Shown here: in pieces, positions 58,392-64,000 of the stretch
How positions within the stretch are numbered: the first letter of the stretch is position 1
How the letters are laid out: each line of letters begins with the position of its first letter
NCBI GenBank assembly: GCA_964492185.1
Contig: CAZBJH010000003.1
Span: forward strand, 36-64,035
Source of the DNA: an uncultured Bacteroidales bacterium
GTDB taxonomy: Bacteria; Bacteroidota; Bacteroidia; Bacteroidales; UBA10428
Length of the DNA stretch: 64,000 bases
Direction of reading: 5' to 3'
Notes under the pieces: generated by a model
The model's input: only the letters and a program-made list of their open reading frames with translations
What the model was told of the DNA's origin: nothing
The model's database searches: none
Program-made: the position numbers and the translations under genes

Positions 58392-58547
58392 CCGGTATAT
58401 TGTTTTTGAGAGTTATTACGGATGCGGGGTTATTATTCAGTTATATTCTTCATTATTAATAAATGAACGATAACCAAGTAATGATCCAAATGTATGAATT
58501 AGATGTATTTGCAAAAATGGAATTAATACTCAATCTGATGAGGTCAA

Positions 58548-58672
58548 TACCCAAATTTATTTGCGTATTTTCCGACATTATGAAAAGGAAAAAACCCGAC
58601 ATGAATAAAAAAGAACAGGATGACAAATTAATGCCATCCTGTATCCTACCTAAATCCAACCAAACCCTACAT
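58548..58672 (-). repeat. Copy 1 of a duplicated ~100-125-nt unit containing a hairpin plus U-tract (minus strand)
   Basis: It aligns to 58838-58940, with shared ends TACC(C/T)AAATTT...GCGTATTT and CTACCTAAATCCAACCAAACCCTACAT. Copy 1 carries an extra insertion of about 22 nt. Confidence 0.75.
58615..58642 (-). terminator. Intrinsic-terminator-like hairpin (minus strand)
   Basis: The minus strand reads ACAGGATG-GCATTAATTTGT-CATCCTGT followed by TCTTTTTTATT. Confidence 0.5.
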
Positions 58673-58837
58673 CAAAAATCTTTCGTGAAAAACAACCTGT
58701 AATCAGTCAATATATATTACGGCTGTATTATTAAACTTCACTTCTTAACGGGCCATATTGTAACTGACCTCTTTATTTCTGTATTTTAATTAAATTACAA
58801 ATATATTACTTGTAATTATCGAAAAGTTGAGCGCTAC

Positions 58838-58940
58838 TACCTAAATTTGATTGCGTATTTCCCGCCATTTTTAGAAAAATACAGGATGACAAATAATTTG
58901 CCACCCTGTAATTCTACCTAAATCCAACCAAACCCTACAT
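58838..58940 (-). repeat. Copy 2 of the duplicated hairpin/U-tract unit
   Basis: See copy 1. The conserved minus-strand 5' segment is ATGTAGGGTTTGGTTGGATTTAGGTAG. Confidence 0.75.
58881..58909 (-). terminator. Intrinsic-terminator-like hairpin (minus strand)
   Basis: The minus strand reads ACAGGGTG-GCAAATTATTTGT-CATCCTGT followed by ATTTTTCT. Confidence 0.45.
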
Positions 58941-59170
58941 TAACTATTAACCATAAAACAACCTTACTAAATCTAACTCTTCATATTCTCAACTTCAAAT
59001 GGTAAAGTTATTTCTCCAGCTTAATATCCAACTATGCAATCTATTTTTAAAAGAACCTTAACCTCAGTTTTCTTATACAAATATACGCTTGTAAAGTGTT
59101 TGTGTTGTGAGTAATGGTACGTAATTATGTGTTTTTATTACCCATTTTAAAATAGGTATAACCCGTATGC

Positions 59171-59569
59171 TTATATAGGTAAAATCCGACATTTCCGGTT
59201 TTCTAAAATTGTTTCTGCCGATTCCAGTGATGATGCGACTATTGTTTTGCCAGAATGAAATTTATAATTGTAATTAAAAAACCGGAATGCATATTTAAAC
59301 GCGTCTGCCTTTTCATGTATATAGATCACTTTTTCCGGATTTCTGCTGAAAATGGACTTTTTTATTTCTGATAGTTTGGCTTTATAATCGGGAATGGAGC
59401 ATTTAACATGGTAATCCTCTATAATAGCTGAAAAATTCTCATGAAGTTTTTCCAGTTCAAAATCAACAACTATTTTTGCCAACTGCAGTTCACTTTCAAG
59501 AAAGAAACCCTGAAGAACAAAATATAAGCAGTTTTTATCCGGTTTTGCTTTAATAATAAACTTTTCCAT
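59171..59569 (-). CDS. Hypothetical 132-aa protein between two response-regulator genes
   Basis: Uninterrupted ORF on the same strand as the flanking regulators. I recognise no motif with confidence. Confidence 0.5.
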   Translation of the reverse strand: MEKFIIKAKPDKNCLYFVLQGFFLESELQLAKIVVDFELEKLHENFSAIIEDYHVKCSIPDYKAKLSEIKKSIFSRNPEKVIYIHEKADAFKYAFRFFNYNYKFHSGKTIVASSLESAETILENRKCRILPI

Positions 59570-59664
59570 AAGCTTTGATGTTTGCTACAAAGGTACAGAT
59601 GAAAAAGCCATAACAGAACGCGGTAATTACCTAAATCAGAGGTAAAATATACTCAATTTTAATT

Positions 59665-59700
59665 GCCGGATTACCCATGGGAGCATGGGTATTATCCGGC
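59665..59700 (-). terminator. GC-rich 15-bp-stem hairpin immediately after the LuxR-type regulator stop
   Basis: The minus strand reads GCCGGATAATACCCATG-CTCC-CATGGGTAATCCGGC (7 bp, AA bulge, 8 bp), starting 7 nt after the stop. No clear U-tract follows. Confidence 0.5.
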
Positions 59701-59706
59701 ATATTT

Positions 59707-60348
59707 TCAGACTTTAACCAGATTGTTTTTTATTGCAAAAACCACCAGGCTGATAGAGTTTTTTGAATCGGTTTTAAGCAAAAGGCTCGATCGGTGCCGT
59801 TCAACAGTGCGCTGACTGATATACAATTCGTCTGATATTTCCTGGTTGGAGTAACCTTTAACCATAAGGGACAATACTTCACGTTCACGCTGGGTGAGTG
59901 AAGTAATATCTTCTGAGGGTTTGGTTTTCAGCAATTGAAGTAAGAGTTCCTGAGAAAAATAATTACCGCCCCTGCTTATCTTTTTTATGGCATCATATAA
60001 CTCGTGATTATCCACATCTTTAAGAATGAATCCTTTAACTCCCAGATCTATCATGGTGTTATAATACTCGGTATCACCAAACATTGAAAGCACAAGGATA
60101 TTTAGATCAGGGTAGATATCCAGACCTCTTTTTGTAGCTTCAATGCCATTCATAACCGGCATATTTATATCCATAAGGACAACATCGGGTTTGAAATAAT
60201 TTAATAGTTCTAGAAATTCTTTTCCGTTTGATGCCTCGCCCAAAATATCAATATCTTCTTTTTCCGATAAAATAAATTTCAGGCCGTTTCTGAATAGCTG
60301 ATGGTCATCAACAATAATAATTTTTGTTTTATTCATAGGTTGGATCAA
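59707..60348 (-). CDS. NarL/FixJ (LuxR-type HTH) response regulator
   Basis: 213-aa ORF with a receiver domain (IIIVDDHQLF ... VVLMDINMPVMNG ... K in FILKD). It has a C-terminal LuxR HTH (LTQREREVLSLMVKGYSNQEISDELYISQRTVERHR). Confidence 0.9.
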   Translation of the reverse strand: MIQPMNKTKIIIVDDHQLFRNGLKFILSEKEDIDILGEASNGKEFLELLNYFKPDVVLMDINMPVMNGIEATKRGLDIYPDLNILVLSMFGDTEYYNTMIDLGVKGFILKDVDNHELYDAIKKISRGGNYFSQELLLQLLKTKPSEDITSLTQREREVLSLMVKGYSNQEISDELYISQRTVERHRSSLLLKTDSKNSISLVVFAIKNNLVKV

Positions 60349-60442
60349 AGTTTGGCAATTTTTTTTTTACTTAACAAAAATAATGTTATTTATAATTATC
60401 GATACAGGCGATATCCCGTTAAATGAAATAATGCTGCTTAAA

Positions 60443-63400
60443 TCAATTAATTGGTATAGCCGGAAATTCAAGATCAAAATGAAAACCCTGGTTTTTTTCG
60501 CTGTAAATATTGTATTTACCTTTCAGGGACCTTGAGCGGCTGAATATATTGGATAATCCCATACCTTCAATATTTTCCTTTATCTGGCTGATTGTCATTC
60601 CTTTTCCATTGTCGTAATATTTTAATGTCATCTGATTTTCCCCGTGGTATAATTTTATTTTTATCTTTCGGGCATTGGCGTGTTTTATCGTATTGTTCAC
60701 CAGTTCTTTAATTATACGGTAAAGGGATATTTCAAGTTCATTTGAAAACCTGAGATCTCCAAGGTTAGTGTCAAAATCAAAGAGTATCCCTTGTTGTATT
60801 TTTGATATGAAGGATTCAACTGCCGAAACAAGGCCGTAATTTGTCAGAATATGAGGGCTAAGGTCGTTGGATATTTCTTTTGTCGTACCTATAGCTTCTT
60901 TCACAATTTCGTTCAACTGTGAGATGATATAGAGCTGTTTCTTTGGTTCATTCATTGTATGGATTGAATTCACGTACATTTTAATACTTGATAATAATGG
61001 CCCAAGGTCATCATGCAAATTACGGGCGAATTTTTCACGTTCACGTTCTTCAGTGAAAATAATTGCATCCAGCACCCGCTTTTCAACTTCCTTGCGTTCG
61101 GTAATATCCCTGATAATAGTAAGTATGGCCGCCTGTCCGGCATAATCGGTCATTGTCCAGTTGATCTCCACGGGTATAAATCGGTTTGTATCTGTTAATA
61201 ATTCCGACTCAAAAGAAGGAATATGCTGGTCATCCAGAAGCTTGATATATATGTTTTCAAGCTGTTTATCGGATAAACCCGTGAAAAGGTCGAATACTCT
61301 TTTTTTCAGCAATTCGGTCCTGCGAAAACCCGAAAGGTCAACAAGCACCTTATTGATCTCAATCAGGTTTCTCCCGGTATCAGAAATAAGCATTGCATCA
61401 CTGGAATTATTAAATATGTTCCTGAATTTTTCTTCGCTGGCACGAAGATTTTTTTCTGCTTTTTTTCTGTCGGTAATATTACGGACAATAGACTGTAGAA
61501 ATTTTTCTCCACCAAGTTCAATACGGCTGAGGGATATTTCAGCATCGAACACTTTATTCTTAAATGTAGTATGTTGCCATTCGAAAAACTGTGGTTTTCC
61601 TTTCAGGGCGTTATTGATATATTTACGGGCTTTGGTTTCCGACAATTTACCATCCGGCTGGTAAACAGGTGAGAATTTATAAGGTGATTTATTAAGGATC
61701 TGGTTTCTGGTGCATTCAAACATTTTTGAAGTAGCGGGATTACAATCAATAAATTTATCGCCTTTCATCATGAAAATGGCATCGGTTGCTGTTGTAAACA
61801 AAATTCGGTATTTTTCTTCGCTCTCTTTAAGGGCCTGTTCGGCGATCTTTCTTTCGGTAATATCAGAAATGGTTCCTATTATCCTGGTGATCCGGTTATC
61901 CTCGCCAGGATAAACCCGGCCCTTTGAAAGCACCCATTTCCAATCGTTGTATTTAGTTTTTAAACGGTGCTCGATCTCAAAATTCTCATCGGGTTTGTCC
62001 CTGTATTCATTAAGCACCTTATCAAATATTTTAAGTTCATCAGGGTGAATTATCATCTTAAACGTTTCAATATCCTCTATGGACTCGTCTTTCCGGTAAT
62101 CCAACATATCATAATAACGCGGGCTCAGGAAGATCTTATTATTTGTAAGGTCCAAATCCCATATTGCATCAGTCGTGGCCTCAAGAGCCATCTTCAATCT
62201 TATTTCGCTTGTTTCAAGCTCTTTCTCAGCTCTCTTTCGCTCCGAAATATCGCGTACAACGGCCAGTAGTTTGTTTTCATCACCTATTTTGGTATATTTC
62301 AAATATATTTCCGTCCAGAACAGTTCCCCCGTGTATTTTTTTGCCAGCCATTCAAATTTTTGCATACCTTCATTAATGGAAGCCTCCATTCGGGTGAACA
62401 TCTCCTGCTCATCAAAAGGTGCTTTCCTCTGGCTGATGTCATTGACAGAAATGTTCAATGCTTCATCAGCCGGTATATTATACATTTTCTGGGCAGTATC
62501 ATTCATATCAAGTATTTCACCTGTTTTTGGGTGGTATATAAGAATGGCATCACTGGTGGAATTGAATATTTCCCTGTAATTACGTTCGCTCTGGGTCAGC
62601 AGTTCTTCGGTGAGCCAGCGGTCAGTAATGTCCATAAATACTACCTGTGAGCCCGATTCGCCTTCTATATCAATATATGTACTGGCCATTTCCACGGTGA
62701 CAGATGTACCGTCGGATCTCAGGAATATGTTTTGTGATAATGGTATATCCCTTTTTCTGATATACACGTTGGCAATATCAATTCTTGTTTGATCAATATG
62801 GTCAGGATGAATTATATCCAGTACCGGTTTGTTAATATGCTCCTTGTTATTTTCCCATTTAAGTGTTTCGATAGCTGCCTGGTTAATATAAATGATTTTA
62901 TAATTACAGTGTACAATTATTGGCAGGGGCGAATATTCTACAAGTTTGCGGTAACGGTCCTCGCTTTGTTTTAATGCGGTTTCGGCTCTTTTTCTTGTTG
63001 TGATGTCATTTGCAATGGAAAATACATATTCCCTGTCTTCAAAATACAGATAGTCGGATGACACTTTAACCGGGAATGTTGAACCGTCTTTTCTTTTATG
63101 GTAAAACTCACGTATTCGGAACTTGTTTTTTTTCAGATACATCCAGGTTTCTTTCCAGTCCTTTATTGTCATGCCTTCACTGATATCATAAACATGCATA
63201 TTAAGGAGTTCATATTCTTCATACCCCAATGTTTCGCAGGCTGCTTCATTTACATATTGAAATCTTCCATCGGAGCCGAACCAGAATATAGGATTTTTGT
63301 TTTTATCAATCGAATAATGTGCAATATGTAAAAGTTGTTCAGCCTGCTTACGTTCTGAAATATCCAGGATATAGCCATAATAACAAATATAACCGGATGT

Positions 63401-63895
63401 AATTTTTTGCGGCCTTGATTTTACCAGCAGCCAGATTTCCGGGCCGGGTAAAGTTGTAATACGGAATTCCGCGTCGAAATCCGAATGATTATGAAATGAT
63501 TCAAGCATTTTTGCATGGATGTATTCGCGATCATCAGGATGGATATATTGTAATGTATTTTCGGGATTGTTATTTTTGAATTTTTCCGGATCAATACCTG
63601 TAATTTTTTTAAAATTGGGACTAAGGTAATTGAAAAACAATGATTTATCGTTGTTTAAGATTGCCTTGAAAAATATTCCGTCAGGCAAATTATTACCCAG
63701 TGTATTGATCAATTCTTCATTTTCCTCTGAATTTGTCGTGCATTCATGCATCTGTTGTTCCAGCTGCATTTTTTGGTCCCTTAGTTCTATCTCCCTTTTT
63801 AAGCAGTCATTCATCTGATCCTGCATCTGATGTATGCTGTCTTTTAATTGCTTGTTTTCCTGTTTCAGAAGATTTATCTGATTTTTTTGTTGCAT
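60443..63895 (-). CDS. Cytoplasmic multi-PAS sensor histidine kinase (HisKA_3/NarX-DesK type)
   Basis: 1150-aa ORF with an N-terminal coiled coil and no TM segment. It has roughly six to seven PAS/PAC modules, marked by repeated ...DITERK(R/K)AE... linkers. The HisKA_3 H-box is ARNLHDDLGPLLSSI and the HATPase C-terminus is NNTIKHA ... DNGKGM ... GMGLSNI. Confidence 0.85.
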   Translation of the reverse strand: MQQKNQINLLKQENKQLKDSIHQMQDQMNDCLKREIELRDQKMQLEQQMHECTTNSEENEELINTLGNNLPDGIFFKAILNNDKSLFFNYLSPNFKKITGIDPEKFKNNNPENTLQYIHPDDREYIHAKMLESFHNHSDFDAEFRITTLPGPEIWLLVKSRPQKITSGYICYYGYILDISERKQAEQLLHIAHYSIDKNKNPIFWFGSDGRFQYVNEAACETLGYEEYELLNMHVYDISEGMTIKDWKETWMYLKKNKFRIREFYHKRKDGSTFPVKVSSDYLYFEDREYVFSIANDITTRKRAETALKQSEDRYRKLVEYSPLPIIVHCNYKIIYINQAAIETLKWENNKEHINKPVLDIIHPDHIDQTRIDIANVYIRKRDIPLSQNIFLRSDGTSVTVEMASTYIDIEGESGSQVVFMDITDRWLTEELLTQSERNYREIFNSTSDAILIYHPKTGEILDMNDTAQKMYNIPADEALNISVNDISQRKAPFDEQEMFTRMEASINEGMQKFEWLAKKYTGELFWTEIYLKYTKIGDENKLLAVVRDISERKRAEKELETSEIRLKMALEATTDAIWDLDLTNNKIFLSPRYYDMLDYRKDESIEDIETFKMIIHPDELKIFDKVLNEYRDKPDENFEIEHRLKTKYNDWKWVLSKGRVYPGEDNRITRIIGTISDITERKIAEQALKESEEKYRILFTTATDAIFMMKGDKFIDCNPATSKMFECTRNQILNKSPYKFSPVYQPDGKLSETKARKYINNALKGKPQFFEWQHTTFKNKVFDAEISLSRIELGGEKFLQSIVRNITDRKKAEKNLRASEEKFRNIFNNSSDAMLISDTGRNLIEINKVLVDLSGFRRTELLKKRVFDLFTGLSDKQLENIYIKLLDDQHIPSFESELLTDTNRFIPVEINWTMTDYAGQAAILTIIRDITERKEVEKRVLDAIIFTEEREREKFARNLHDDLGPLLSSIKMYVNSIHTMNEPKKQLYIISQLNEIVKEAIGTTKEISNDLSPHILTNYGLVSAVESFISKIQQGILFDFDTNLGDLRFSNELEISLYRIIKELVNNTIKHANARKIKIKLYHGENQMTLKYYDNGKGMTISQIKENIEGMGLSNIFSRSRSLKGKYNIYSEKNQGFHFDLEFPAIPIN

Positions 63896-63952
63896 TATAA
63901 TGATTCTTGTATAAGAAAATATGCCGGCCTTTTGATAAATTTATGAATTTTT

Positions 63953-64000
63953 TAGTTAGTGTCTGTCAATATACTTAAAGTGTTTGTCCAGAATGTTCGA
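63953..64000 (+). repeat. Hairpin-repeat family B/head copy, truncated by the window edge
   Basis: TAGTTAGTGTCTGTCAATATACTTAAAGTGTTTGTCCAGAATGTTCGA. The head lies about 60 nt upstream of the multi-PAS kinase start. Confidence 0.7.

Noticed and set aside
765-63818. About 90 short ORF-track entries lying inside or antisense to the long CDSs (for example 765-992, 2134-2400, 9103-9519, 27181-27573, 40526-40969, 61161-61664, 62175-62579)
   Set aside because: Each is fully nested in a longer ORF that carries clear conserved-family motifs. The nested ORFs have low-complexity or hydrophobic shadow-frame composition and no recognisable motifs.
1-64000. tRNA, rRNA, tmRNA, RNase P, SRP RNA or known riboswitch sequences
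   Set aside because: I scanned the intergenic regions by eye and saw none of the characteristic conserved words, such as GGTTCGAATCC-type T-loops or the GAGGAAAGTCC of RNase P. A covariance-model scan would be needed to be certain.

Overview
This 64-kb chromosomal segment comes from a low-GC bacterium that looks like Bacteroidota. That assignment is an inference from protein signatures, the lack of Shine-Dalgarno sequences upstream of start codons, and the gene repertoire. I call about 40 protein-coding genes and one pseudogenised IS3-family element. I found no rRNA, tRNA or CRISPR array by eye.

Layout:
- 0.2-13.9 kb: a co-directional alpha-glucan/trehalose cluster (treZ, glgE, treS-mak fusion, glgB, treY, malQ).
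- 14-24.5 kb: two divergently transcribed secreted gluzincin-like proteins, an orphan ORF, an MFS/PfkB-kinase/U32 operon, and xth.
- 24.5-52 kb: a visibly more AT-rich housekeeping block (rsgA, hybrid sensor kinase, polA, arsR-like, polyprenyl synthase, uvrC, mnmG, ybeY, GHKL anti-sigma-like ATPase, M23 peptidase, TPR lipoprotein, dut, MOP flippase, cyclophilin, pheS, ruvB, MORN-repeat protein, nadA).
- 52-64 kb: rpiB, Rrf2 regulator, VanZ-like protein, a 1390-aa GT4 glycosyltransferase/phosphodiester-glycosidase fusion, and a regulatory cluster (stand-alone receiver, small orphan ORF, NarL/LuxR response regulator, cytoplasmic multi-PAS HisKA_3 kinase).

Main unexplained signals:
1. A modular family of long-hairpin intergenic repeats has at least 11 full or partial copies. 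These include a 3 x 147-bp tandem array and two ~92% identical 168-bp copies 38.6 kb apart. The conserved 'head' module often sits just upstream of start codons.
2. A 2.5-kb gene-free segment lies between uvrC and mnmG. It is bounded by two copies of the palindrome GTTCCACGTGGAAC and holds the repeat array and the decayed IS3.
3. A 780-bp non-coding spacer in the regulatory cluster carries two duplicated hairpin/U-tract units and an iterated TACCTAAAT motif.
4. The large GT4/phosphodiester-glycosidase fusion protein.

All functional assignments rest on motifs read in the supplied translations. No database search was possible.
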